Assembly: GCA_025611195.1 (NCBI GenBank)
Contig: GCA_025611195.1_4718.1
Reading direction: 5' to 3' (one strand)
DNA length: 64,000 bases
From: a phage
Within the stretch, counting starts at the first letter, position 1. The number at the start of each line of letters is the position of its first letter. The notes under the pieces were generated by a model. The model did no database searches. It worked only from the letters and a program-made list of their open reading frames with translations, and had not been told where the DNA came from. This document shows positions 38,189 to 48,161 of the stretch, one piece after another. The position numbers and the translations under genes are program-made.

Positions 38189-40981
38189 TTATCTTACGTT
38201 GCTGCTATTCTGCTGTTCGCTGAACCAACAGTACACCTTGAGATCGGTACCGTATTTCAATGCGATATACGCATTCAGTGCGGCACAGAACAAAGACGCG
38301 AATGCCCATATCAGCGAAGGATCAACATCTTCCGTTACTACCGGGGGAGTATTATCCGGTTCCCATGATGGAGAACTGTCCATGAACGTCGTGTACCATT
38401 CCCGCCGTTGTTCTTCAGTGGTAAAGTCGCTATGAGGTTCCAACGCTTCTTTTGCCAGACGTCGATATTCGAACATATGCGTTGCTAAAGCCGATGAGTT
38501 ACCAGATTCGCCTTCATAGTTCGGATCCACCGCATAACAGAGTTCTGTGGAATTTAACAAAGCAATCGCTTGTATGATGCTGTCGGCAGTGCCTGCACTA
38601 TAGAGCTCGATAGACCGCGAAAGCTTTTCACAGAACGTATTTAACGCGGCAGGATTGGACACCTGAAGGTCGAGGCCTAATGTCCACGGATAGTTACTGA
38701 ACACGCCCGTAAACCGCGGCATAACACCCAACAGATGTTGTCCGATTACGGCACGGTTATAAACAGCCCGGTTATAGACTTGAAACGCAGCCTCCAAGGC
38801 TTGGTTATAATGACGACGAAGTTCATCACGCGAGTTGCGGAATCTGTTTGCCGCAAGACTTGTGGCTGCGACGCTACAAACATCGTAATCGGTGGACGAG
38901 AGCACAGTTTCGTTAAGATCGAACGCTTCCTGTTTCAACGTTCCGCTAACAGCCGCTGCTTCGCTGTTTGCTTTATCGACAACTGTACTCAAAGCGTTGA
39001 TGTAACGCTTAGCTCGGACCTCCAACCATTGTGCGATGCCGAGAATATCCACCGCAGCTTTAGCAAGGTCGCGTGCGTTCACGATTTCGTTCTTCAACGC
39101 ACCTAAACCTTTATTCTCAGGCGATGAGGCTTGTTGACGAATCATGCTGTTCAACATGGTAAGCAGATTATCCAACTCGTGTCCGCTGACCTTGTTACGC
39201 GCATCGGTAACTGGCCCTTGCAGGAATTTACGGCAACCATCGTTGTATCGAATCAGTTTATCCACATCGATCGATTCGTTCGTGGATTCCTTGAACTGAT
39301 CCTTCAATTCTTCACGGTAGTCATGGATTTCACTTGCGAGATTATCGATAGTGATACCATCGTGTCCAAGAAGAACTTTATTGAAGTTACCTTTCTCGAA
39401 TGCAAGAGCAAGACCTTCACGAATCTTAGCGAGTTTATCCTGATCGAGTTCACGACCGTTCGATAGCTCTTTCACTTCCGAGCTGATTAATGCCGAAACG
39501 TTACCCAGATTGTCGGTAACCCCTTTGAACGCTCCCGACCAAATCGTTCCTGCTTCAGCGTATTTCGCAATGGTCTGAATACCGACGGTGTGCAGCGATG
39601 CTAAACGTTTCTTCGTGCCTTCGGTAAGCAATGCGTCTTTAGCTCGCGTAAGTTGACTGTTATTAGCTTCCGCCTGCTGAATCGCTGCTTTCGCACTTCC
39701 ATTACGCCAGCTCTTAACCAGCCAATCAACCAAACGTTTTAGGATATTGACGGTGTATTCCATTGTCCGCCGTAACGTTTCCCACGCGCTTTCTGCGGTA
39801 TAGATGCCGTACCCTTCCATCTTCGTTGGGTCAAAGAAACCTTCCTGCACGAGATCGGTACGTGTGTAGCCATCAGCAGCTTCTACTTCCGCCTGGGTTT
39901 TATCCCAGAAGTCGTCACTCTTTGCAGCAATCGCTGTATCTTTAACGTCCAGGATGATCTGACCAACCGTTTGTGCAAACAGCAAGGCCGCACGTACCGA
40001 TTGTGCGAACATCCGCTGATATTTGATTCGAACGCATTGCATCTGGGTTAGCAGATTCAGTTGTGCGATCCCATCCAAGGTGCTATCCTGAGCAAGCCCT
40101 TCGGCTTTAGCGATAACCTGTTTTACACGTTCAGCGACATCACCGTACTGCTGGCAAACATCCCGCAGAATACGTACCGCGAAGACCCCGGTACCGATAT
40201 AGTTCAATAGGTCTTTTAACGACCATTCGGTCGGACAATCGGTCGGCGCAATAGGGAGTAAGCAACCATCACCGTCCATGAATCTCTCTAATGCGTTAAT
40301 ATCCTGATTTTCTACGCTCATGGGGATATCGACATCAGCCGCTTGCAGATCCAGCATCTGTTGTAGGATGTTGGTATCGGCTTGTACAAGCGTCGCAAGC
40401 GCTTGGCTGTGTGCGATTATTGGTAACGCAGGCGACCATACTGCAGCAAGCTTGTCGACGTGACGTTGAATGGCATACCCCATATCCTCGATCACATCGG
40501 GATGCTCGATAACCCCCTGAAGCGTTTGATGTAGCTCACCGAGTTGCTGAGACAGATCGACCATCATGGTGTTGAAGGTTTCGCCATCCTCTTTGTGGTT
40601 GTCCAGACGCTCGAGTTCATGTCGAAGCAATGTAACGAGCTGTCCGTTGCCTTCTTGCTTCAGCTTGCTTTCCATTAACGTAATGGCTTTATCGACGATC
40701 TGACACGCTTCACGAAAACCGGTTGTGGAAGGAAGCTCTGTCCATAACGCCAGCGGTTTACCGTCAAGGGCTTCCGGCATCGATAACGAAAGCATAGACA
40801 GTTGTTGACGTGATACTTGCTGTTCACGGTGTAATGTTTCTTTTAACGCCAGGAGATCGTCAAGAAACGCGCCGTTAAGGGTGGTCGTACGCGGTGTTGA
40901 ATTAATACCGTCAGTTAACGATTCAAGCACCAGGAGACCGTTATCAGCTGAAGAGAGTCCCGCGGCAAGATATTTGTTCAT
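38189..40981 (-). CDS. large hypothetical protein (930 aa), long member of paralog family
   Basis: long ORF; N-terminal ...TTGFREACQIVDKAITLMES... Confidence 0.75.
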   Translation of the reverse strand: MNKYLAAGLSSADNGLLVLESLTDGINSTPRTTTLNGAFLDDLLALKETLHREQQVSRQQLSMLSLSMPEALDGKPLALWTELPSTTGFREACQIVDKAITLMESKLKQEGNGQLVTLLRHELERLDNHKEDGETFNTMMVDLSQQLGELHQTLQGVIEHPDVIEDMGYAIQRHVDKLAAVWSPALPIIAHSQALATLVQADTNILQQMLDLQAADVDIPMSVENQDINALERFMDGDGCLLPIAPTDCPTEWSLKDLLNYIGTGVFAVRILRDVCQQYGDVAERVKQVIAKAEGLAQDSTLDGIAQLNLLTQMQCVRIKYQRMFAQSVRAALLFAQTVGQIILDVKDTAIAAKSDDFWDKTQAEVEAADGYTRTDLVQEGFFDPTKMEGYGIYTAESAWETLRRTMEYTVNILKRLVDWLVKSWRNGSAKAAIQQAEANNSQLTRAKDALLTEGTKKRLASLHTVGIQTIAKYAEAGTIWSGAFKGVTDNLGNVSALISSEVKELSNGRELDQDKLAKIREGLALAFEKGNFNKVLLGHDGITIDNLASEIHDYREELKDQFKESTNESIDVDKLIRYNDGCRKFLQGPVTDARNKVSGHELDNLLTMLNSMIRQQASSPENKGLGALKNEIVNARDLAKAAVDILGIAQWLEVRAKRYINALSTVVDKANSEAAAVSGTLKQEAFDLNETVLSSTDYDVCSVAATSLAANRFRNSRDELRRHYNQALEAAFQVYNRAVYNRAVIGQHLLGVMPRFTGVFSNYPWTLGLDLQVSNPAALNTFCEKLSRSIELYSAGTADSIIQAIALLNSTELCYAVDPNYEGESGNSSALATHMFEYRRLAKEALEPHSDFTTEEQRREWYTTFMDSSPSWEPDNTPPVVTEDVDPSLIWAFASLFCAALNAYIALKYGTDLKVYCWFSEQQNSSNVR

Positions 40982-40996
40982 AAAACACTCCGTTGG

Positions 40997-41027
40997 CCTA
41001 GGGGAAGGTTTTCAGCCTTCCCCTAGG
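40997..41027 (-). terminator. hairpin CCTAGGGGAAGG-loop-CCTTCCCCTAGG (12-bp perfect stem)
   Basis: perfect inverted repeat after stop of 41041-43845. Confidence 0.55.
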
Positions 41028-41040
41028 GTTATAAACACAA

Positions 41041-43845
41041 TTAAGCTAATTTACCGAAACCGGCTTTCTGTAGTTTCTCGTTGATGATTTTCGCTTCAGC
41101 GAAGACGTAATCGCGGTAGGCGGTCACTAACGCATCCACACGTGAACGCAAGGCTTCTTCGAAGCTATACCACGCTGCGATTTCACGAATCTGTGCGTTG
41201 ATATAATCAACGGTTGAGCGAAGCTCGGTTGCGTTTTCTTGCGGGATGGCTTTCACCTGGCGAGCAACGTCATTTAAACGACGGAACTGTGTTTCGATTT
41301 CTTTAAACTTACTGTCGGCAAGTTTGCTGAATTCGTCACCGGAACGGGTAAATAACAGATAGCTGTTGCCGTCAAGTGCGGTCGCTAACTGCTGAAGTAC
41401 GTTGGTGTCCGGATACACAGGAGTACCGCTTTGCAATACTTTCTCACCGAATTCCGCGAAGTCCTTCGGCGGTAAGTGTGCAGACGTTGTCAACTCGTTG
41501 AAACGGAAAGTCAGCGAATTATCATAAAGCATCCGGTACGCTTCCATACCCTGTTTCATGGTACCAGCCAGGTTAGCCAGACGCGGAGCAATCTCACCTT
41601 CTTTAGCGCGTTTCTGATCTTCTAACGCCCCTTCGAGTTCTTTACACTGGTCATTCAGATACACGATACGATCGGGACGCAGACGACGCATCTCACGAAG
41701 AATAGTATCCAGCTTACCTTCCTGGAAATAACCTAACGTTAAAGACGTACACGCTTGCTGAAGACGATCGAACACCGGTAAGGTCACCATCTCTTTACGG
41801 ATACCATCAACAATCGCAGAAACAGCCGAAAGTTTCTGTTCGGTGGTTAATGGAGCGTCAGAGACCGACTTGCTGGGCGCGCCAACAACGTTACGCATTG
41901 CGTCGGTATCCTCGGTTTTATCAACCTCTTTACGAACGTTCTCATCAGGAACATAAACGTTCGCGTTACGTTTCGCCTGCTTGATGGCGTCGTTGGCTGC
42001 TTTTTCGGTGGCCGCTACACTATCGGCACGTTTCTTCAAGAGTTCAATAATCCAGAGCAACAGACGACGAATCGCTGTATAGGCTGTCGTGATGATGACA
42101 CCGATAACAGCCATCTTCATGATACCGAACGATTCCATGGTCGGCTCTAACGCCCGGTCTGGCATATACCGTTCACGCAGTTCCAGATAGATCTGCTCAT
42201 CTGGTTTGCTGATCTCACCACGATGCGAAGTCCGATAGATGGCTTCGTCAATCTCAACAAGATCTTTACGTGCTTGACGGTCTGTTTCGGTCAAATAAGC
42301 GCAGCCGGATACGTCGTCTTCAAAACTTTCGAACTTAAAGAAATCGACAACCATCTTGGCAAGCGCCTCTTTCTTAGCAGGATCGAGCGTCTTCGCATCC
42401 TCTTTTTGCTTATCCATTTTTTCCTTGAATTTCTCTTTATAGTCATTCAAGGGTTTTACCGCTCTTGCCTTCAACGCGTTATAGATAGCTTTCCACTCAT
42501 CGTCACGTTCGAGGACAATGAAATGGTTCTTGAGTTCGAAAGCACGATAGCGTGCAACGAGCTGTTCTACCTGAATGTGAGCGAGTTGGATATCCATTAA
42601 CCAACGCGACATCGCCGAGATCAAACGGCTATAAGCGAACAACGTTTGGTAGGTTAACTTCATGTATGTTTCATACAGCTCAATATCGCCGCTCTGAATA
42701 TTGGCTGTTGGATTCATTTCCTTTGTTGCCCTGAAGACCTGTTCTGCTTCTCTCAGCGTCTTTTCGAACTTAACGTCATTAAACGCAGTGAATGGTTCAG
42801 CCAACTCATGCATTTTATCGTGGAGTTCGCGGATCCAAGATTCCTTGCTGTCGCGGATGGTGTTTTCATCATGGAGCGCAGTCTGATGTTTTCGTACCCA
42901 TTCTTCCACGATATCAGCAGCTGCAACCACCTGGACACGATCTGAAATCAATGGGACAATCGCGTGAAGTGCCCCAACACATTCTGGCGTGTCCCAGTGT
43001 TTCTGGAGGTCACCACGGAAACGGTCGATGTCTTTTAAGGTGGTACCTAAGTCAAGGAAAGTGCCGCCATTATGACTCATTTGTGCGACAAGATCGGCAA
43101 ATACCTTTTGTTTTTCGATGACAAAAGGAACCATCCGCATAAGCCATTCAGCAGTTGCTTTAGCCTTTTCTTTCAGATTTTTGTCGGCGATTTCTTTAAG
43201 GTTAATCGCGCTACTGTATCCTGCAAGTTCGTTGTAGACGTCGTTAACCGTCATCTCTTTATCCAACATTTCTTTGAAACGTGGATAATCTGCACCTAAC
43301 GCGTCGATGACTTCTTGGATGATGTCGTCTGTGGTGGCGATAAATTTATTTGTGCCACCGTAATGTTTCCAGATTTTCTGTAGCATCTTCTTAAAGAATT
43401 CGAAGACGAATGTCCAGATACGCTTGATGAGTTCCCAGACTTTCTTCGCGCCATCGACAAACAGTTTAGAGACCTTGGCAACGAATCCTTCCTGTACCAA
43501 CTCAACGCCGTTACGTGATGGGATTTCCGTGAAGAAAGCATCTGGCAGTTGTTTCGGGAACGCATCGCCAAGACGCATACGTAGTTCAGGTACATCGGCA
43601 CGAGAGATACCGCGTGTTACTAACTGTTCGTGAAGACGAACATTTTCTTCACCAGAGGCTACGAATTCGTTAACGTCAAATGAAACCAGTTCTTGATCTT
43701 CGGTGGTGACGACGCTTGAACCATCACTGGTTTGGATGTCTTCGTCAGGGAACGCCATCAGCATACCGTGACGCATTTCAACCACTCCGTAATCGGTTGC
43801 TAAACCGAATTCGTTGTGATCGGGAGTAATAACTGGGATACTCAT
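41041..43845 (-). CDS. large hypothetical protein (934 aa), long member of paralog family
   Basis: N-terminal ...GVELVQEGFVAKVSKLFVDGAKKVWELIKRIW matches EGF-helix motif of the ~430-aa paralogs. Confidence 0.75.
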   Translation of the reverse strand: MSIPVITPDHNEFGLATDYGVVEMRHGMLMAFPDEDIQTSDGSSVVTTEDQELVSFDVNEFVASGEENVRLHEQLVTRGISRADVPELRMRLGDAFPKQLPDAFFTEIPSRNGVELVQEGFVAKVSKLFVDGAKKVWELIKRIWTFVFEFFKKMLQKIWKHYGGTNKFIATTDDIIQEVIDALGADYPRFKEMLDKEMTVNDVYNELAGYSSAINLKEIADKNLKEKAKATAEWLMRMVPFVIEKQKVFADLVAQMSHNGGTFLDLGTTLKDIDRFRGDLQKHWDTPECVGALHAIVPLISDRVQVVAAADIVEEWVRKHQTALHDENTIRDSKESWIRELHDKMHELAEPFTAFNDVKFEKTLREAEQVFRATKEMNPTANIQSGDIELYETYMKLTYQTLFAYSRLISAMSRWLMDIQLAHIQVEQLVARYRAFELKNHFIVLERDDEWKAIYNALKARAVKPLNDYKEKFKEKMDKQKEDAKTLDPAKKEALAKMVVDFFKFESFEDDVSGCAYLTETDRQARKDLVEIDEAIYRTSHRGEISKPDEQIYLELRERYMPDRALEPTMESFGIMKMAVIGVIITTAYTAIRRLLLWIIELLKKRADSVAATEKAANDAIKQAKRNANVYVPDENVRKEVDKTEDTDAMRNVVGAPSKSVSDAPLTTEQKLSAVSAIVDGIRKEMVTLPVFDRLQQACTSLTLGYFQEGKLDTILREMRRLRPDRIVYLNDQCKELEGALEDQKRAKEGEIAPRLANLAGTMKQGMEAYRMLYDNSLTFRFNELTTSAHLPPKDFAEFGEKVLQSGTPVYPDTNVLQQLATALDGNSYLLFTRSGDEFSKLADSKFKEIETQFRRLNDVARQVKAIPQENATELRSTVDYINAQIREIAAWYSFEEALRSRVDALVTAYRDYVFAEAKIINEKLQKAGFGKLA

Positions 43846-44282
43846 GCATTCTCTCCTTGCAGTGCGTTAGCGAAAGCTGTTGCAAGTTGCGCAACCAGTT
43901 TCGGATCAACGCCTTCGATAACGTCGGGCAGCCCCGCGGTTTCTTGGTCACGAACAGCAGCTGCTAATAACAGCATGGTTTCAGGTGCTGTCGGCTCATG
44001 CACCATGCGGTAACGCAGGCACCAGAAGTAGCGGGCAACGTCTAACGCATCAGCCAACCCAATAACCAGCACCTTGTTCAGCTTATCCAGCCCTTCACGG
44101 ATTTTAGGGAGATGTTCACGAACGAAAATGCTATCTGCGGTCAGATCTTCTTTTTCAGCGAATACCGGCATGCTGTAACCAGCGATGTAACCTGCGGCAA
44201 TACTCAATGCACGGGTCTGTTGTTCGGCCGGGAAATCACGTACCAGGTCTTTCAGCTGAACGGCGAAATCAGAAATATTCAT
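43842..44282 (-). CDS. hypothetical protein (146 aa)
   Basis: ORF, 4-nt overlap with downstream gene. Confidence 0.55.
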   Translation of the reverse strand: MNISDFAVQLKDLVRDFPAEQQTRALSIAAGYIAGYSMPVFAEKEDLTADSIFVREHLPKIREGLDKLNKVLVIGLADALDVARYFWCLRYRMVHEPTAPETMLLLAAAVRDQETAGLPDVIEGVDPKLVAQLATAFANALQGENA

Positions 44283-44311
44283 GTTAAATTCCTTTATAGT
44301 GAGGTTAAAGA

Positions 44312-45631
44312 TTAGGCGACAATAGAGTCAAGTGTTGCTGCCGTTTTAAACAGATCGTTGTTGATAACCGTAGACAGTGTTTTCTGAACCTGCTCCTGCT
44401 TCACGGCTTGCTGAACATCAGAACGCAACGCGATGGTAATGAGCTCCATAACGGTACGATTATCGTTGACCGTTTTCAAGATCTTGTCGATTTCTTTTAT
44501 CGCGTCTAGTGTCGAAACGCGGATATCCTGAGGTAAATCACGATCTTTAAGACGTCCAACCAACTCTTGTTTTAATTTCGCAACACGATCCTTGTCGCTG
44601 GTGTACGTGGAATAGGTAAAGTCGTATAGTGTTATTGTTTTCAGGTTGACGAAAAGAGCTACCGTACTCATTGTACCCAGGATTGGGTTAATTAACGATA
44701 AACCAACGATTGCGCCAATAACGGACAATGAACATACAGCATATTGCGTCCAAATACTATTGCGATCCCTTACTGATATTTTTCCGAGACGTTTGTAAAT
44801 TTTTGCTAGCGCGTCTGCCATTGCAGCTCCGCCGCCATGACGGGTGACGAATTGATCGGCGACAAATTCCGCTGAAGTATCGGAATAGCGACCCATGTGC
44901 GTTGCGACACGTGTCTGCTCTTCTTTATTGCTTATATACACGGTGTACCAGGTGGCAACATCGCTTGATTCCGCAATGACGTTGACGTCAACCGTTGTAC
45001 CCATCGCATCGTTTAATGATTTCGCGAGCGTGATCTTTTTCTCTTTATCTGTTGTTTGTAGTAATTCGCGTGCGGCGGTTGCGAGAGAAAAATCCGTCTT
45101 AGCGGATTCGGCGATAAATTCCAGGAAAGTAAAAGCGTGCCCAACTTCGTGCAATACAAACGCTGCTTTGTTTTCCGGAGTGAATTCCGTATCACGAATA
45201 AATCCGTCGGTTACAAATACGCGGATAACGATTTTCTCGAACGCACCTTTCACCCTACCATTGACAAGATCGACCACACCGACGATTTCATCGATATTCT
45301 TACTTAACTGTTTAAAATCTCTGTTTCGATAGAACTGTTTACGCCATTCTTCAATAAGCACATTGTTTTTTGTAATGTCTGGAGTAATACAGGAACAGTT
45401 AATTTCACTCATGTTCGGTATTACTTCTGTCTGGATGGTCAACCCAGTGTGTTTGCGTATTAAATCGGATAGTGGCTTACCACTGATATATTTTACCTTT
45501 TCTTCATAGCTGGTAAGATTATCCATTGTTTTGAATAACTCGGTCATTTCCTTGAACAAGGAACCATCTTGAAACTTGATGGCCTCCATCGTTAATTCGT
45601 CATGACCATACACGCGTTGTAGTAATGACAT
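44312..45631 (-). CDS. hypothetical protein (439 aa) with HExxH zinc-metallopeptidase-like motif and C-terminal hydrophobic segments
   Basis: AFVLHEVGHAF motif; later hydrophobic stretch VIGAIVGLSLINPILGTMSTVALFV. Confidence 0.65.
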   Translation of the reverse strand: MSLLQRVYGHDELTMEAIKFQDGSLFKEMTELFKTMDNLTSYEEKVKYISGKPLSDLIRKHTGLTIQTEVIPNMSEINCSCITPDITKNNVLIEEWRKQFYRNRDFKQLSKNIDEIVGVVDLVNGRVKGAFEKIVIRVFVTDGFIRDTEFTPENKAAFVLHEVGHAFTFLEFIAESAKTDFSLATAARELLQTTDKEKKITLAKSLNDAMGTTVDVNVIAESSDVATWYTVYISNKEEQTRVATHMGRYSDTSAEFVADQFVTRHGGGAAMADALAKIYKRLGKISVRDRNSIWTQYAVCSLSVIGAIVGLSLINPILGTMSTVALFVNLKTITLYDFTYSTYTSDKDRVAKLKQELVGRLKDRDLPQDIRVSTLDAIKEIDKILKTVNDNRTVMELITIALRSDVQQAVKQEQVQKTLSTVINNDLFKTAATLDSIVA

Positions 45632-45852
45632 TGTACACTCTCTAAATTTACGTAAATTTAAGGGCTAATGGATCGGCTGGCCGCACCAATCACAATGTGT
45701 TCGTTGCTATGCAACGGCATTCATAGAAATACCTTTTGACGGTAACATCACCGTTCATACCCCAAGCGATAAGAGTGGTCGGTTAAAAACAACAGAACGT
45801 GGGGATGATATAGAAAATCACCTTTTAACACTTATTACGAGTTTAGCAAGCC

Positions 45853-47604
45853 ATGAGCGAACAAGAACGAAAACCTAAGAAGAAACTGCTCGGTATTCAA
45901 TGTCGACACATCAGCTATAACGAAGCGAACGATGGTAGTAAGAACGACCTCATGATCGCAAAAGAGATCATGTTCTTCGATGATAATACGCAAGCGACGA
46001 ACCTTCGCTTCTTCGAGAATTACAAACGTCCGTTTTGGGTGACGGTAGAGAGTAAACGCAAGAACAAATATAAAAAGGAAAGCGAGAAGCTCTCGCACGT
46101 GCGACGCTACGATGTCCGTCAAAGTGAGCTGGTTGAAAAGATCAGCTCGGTGCTTTATAAAAGACGTGCTGACGATAACACCCGTTTACAGCAGCTTGCA
46201 CGGAGTCCCTACCTCTATGGCACGGACGTTAGCGCCAGCTGTTATTTAAAAACCCAATACAATACAAAATGGCCGGAATACGTCGATAAATTACCCGCGT
46301 CTATCGCATGTTTCGATATCGAAACCGATGTTGTCCACGGACACGGTAAGATCGTCTGTATGTCTATTACAATGGGATACAATGCGATCCTTTGCTATAC
46401 CAAGGACTTCGTTGGTCATATTCCGAATGCGATTGAGAAAACCCATGAGAAGATTCGATATTACCTGGCCGAACGTCTGAACACCAAAGAAGATCCTCAT
46501 GCGTTCGAAAAATATCAGTACGATGTTCGAATCGTAGAAAGCCCAGCACAAGCGGTCATCCAATGCATGCAGAAGGTTCACGAATGGCAGCCGGATTATC
46601 TCCTTGGCTGGAATATCGCGTTCGATATTCCGCGTATGCTCCAGGCACTGAACGAGGAAGGGTATCGTCCCGAGGATGTTTTCTCCGATCCTCGTGTACC
46701 ACCTAAGTATCGTATTGCTCGCTGGGTACCACCGAAGACCGACAAGGTATCTGCTTCAGGTCGTAAAACCAACCTTACCCTTGAGCAAACCTGGCCGATG
46801 TTTTATACGATGGCCACGTATCAGGTTATGGATGCGATGTGTGGTTATAAGTTCGTTCGTTTAGGAAGACCGGATGAGGGGAGATACTCACTCGATGCGG
46901 TGTTAGAGCGAAATAAATGTCATACGAAATTAAAAGCAATTCCTGGTACAGAGGGGTTCACGGAGCTTGCGTGGCACGAAGAGATGCAAACGAACCATCA
47001 AATCGACTACGGCGTATATAACCTTTGGGATAACCAGGGTATCGAGGCGTTGGACCAGAAAACAAAAGACTATTCGATGACCATCCCTATTCGTTTGGCA
47101 GCATCGGATTTGAAAGATTTCAGTTCTAACCCTAAACGTATCTGCGATAAACTTTTCTTCGTTTATCTTAACCGTGGGGAAGTCATGGGATGCACCGCCG
47201 ACGACATGACCCAGGAAGAAGATAAGTGGGTTATCTCACGAACCGGACATATCGTCACATTGCCATGCGATCTCATGGCGGACAACGGCATCCATCTCTT
47301 CTGGGATATGCCGAACCTGAGAAGTTATATCCGTCTATTCGTTGCAGACCTCGACATTAGCAGTTCATACCCGAATGGGCAGATCCTGTTGAATCTATCC
47401 AGAGCATGTGTTTTTCGTGAGCTCTCACGCATTGAAGGCGTCTCTGACTATCAGTTCAGGAAGTTAGGTATCAACTTTATTACCGGAGGTAAAACGAACG
47501 CTGTAGACTTCTGTAGAATCGTTTATAAAGCACCATCGATGTTCGAACTCTTAGAACATTTCGATGCAACGCGTCCAAAAGGGGAAGCGCGGACCATCGA
47601 ATGA
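45853..47604 (+). CDS. family B DNA polymerase, N-terminal fragment (3'-5' exonuclease domain plus polymerase motif A); polymerase appears split
   Basis: Exo I CFDIETDV, Exo II LLGWNIAFDIPRM, Exo III YNLWD, motif A ADLDISSSYPNG; no motif B/C before the stop. Confidence 0.7.
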   Translation: MSEQERKPKKKLLGIQCRHISYNEANDGSKNDLMIAKEIMFFDDNTQATNLRFFENYKRPFWVTVESKRKNKYKKESEKLSHVRRYDVRQSELVEKISSVLYKRRADDNTRLQQLARSPYLYGTDVSASCYLKTQYNTKWPEYVDKLPASIACFDIETDVVHGHGKIVCMSITMGYNAILCYTKDFVGHIPNAIEKTHEKIRYYLAERLNTKEDPHAFEKYQYDVRIVESPAQAVIQCMQKVHEWQPDYLLGWNIAFDIPRMLQALNEEGYRPEDVFSDPRVPPKYRIARWVPPKTDKVSASGRKTNLTLEQTWPMFYTMATYQVMDAMCGYKFVRLGRPDEGRYSLDAVLERNKCHTKLKAIPGTEGFTELAWHEEMQTNHQIDYGVYNLWDNQGIEALDQKTKDYSMTIPIRLAASDLKDFSSNPKRICDKLFFVYLNRGEVMGCTADDMTQEEDKWVISRTGHIVTLPCDLMADNGIHLFWDMPNLRSYIRLFVADLDISSSYPNGQILLNLSRACVFRELSRIEGVSDYQFRKLGINFITGGKTNAVDFCRIVYKAPSMFELLEHFDATRPKGEARTIE

Positions 47605-47652
47605 ATCAAGTATGTTGATCCTCGTTTAACAAAAAGAAAACGCATGCGAAGC

Positions 47653-47684
47653 CCCTCCCCCTGGCGGAAGCCGGAGGGAGGGGT
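47653..47684. terminator. hairpin CCCCTCCCCC-TGGCGGAAGCCGGA-GGGAGGGG between convergent genes
   Basis: inverted repeat. Confidence 0.5.
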
Positions 47685-47701
47685 GGAAGTTTTATGTGTT
47701 T

Positions 47702-48151
47702 TTAATTATTGTTGATGGGGTTATCGTCCGGCTTATATTCGATGCCGTAGGCGACGTAACGGTCTGTCGTATGGACGACAAGCGAGATGGGGAAATCATA
47801 ATGCGTGGTTTTGTCTCGGACGAGCTGAGTAAAGAGATCCATATAACGTATTAAGTCTTCACTGGTGTAATCAGAAGGGAAGAAGACGTCGATGGTTATT
47901 GAATCTTCATAGAGGCGTATAACCAACTTATCCAGAAGGTCGGCATATTGGTTAGCCGGGGTGACGTCCAGCTCACAGATATCACGATCTCCTTCGTCTC
48001 GTGATACCCACATCATGGTATCCTGTAATGAGGTTTCAAGGATCTCGAAAATGCATTTTGCTGTAAGTTTTAGTTTATTTGTTACGTCATGGTTAGGTGA
48101 ATAATGGTCACGGATGTTTTTCACTGCGTCTTTGATAGAGAAAGTCATCAT
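47702..48151 (-). CDS. small paralog array member P1 (149 aa)
   Basis: AAGGAG SD; C-terminal YDFPISLVV...EYKPDDN motif shared with P6-P9. Confidence 0.65.
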   Translation of the reverse strand: MMTFSIKDAVKNIRDHYSPNHDVTNKLKLTAKCIFEILETSLQDTMMWVSRDEGDRDICELDVTPANQYADLLDKLVIRLYEDSITIDVFFPSDYTSEDLIRYMDLFTQLVRDKTTHYDFPISLVVHTTDRYVAYGIEYKPDDNPINNN

Positions 48152-48161
48152 TGATGCTCCT

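Noticed and set aside
38183-38368. Short ORFs starting at the ATG that follows the purine arm of hairpin elements (the GGAGGAGGG arm looks like a strong Shine-Dalgarno), for example 38183 and 60340
   Set aside because: The SD-like sequence is a by-product of the palindrome, and the downstream frames are very short or antisense to a real gene.
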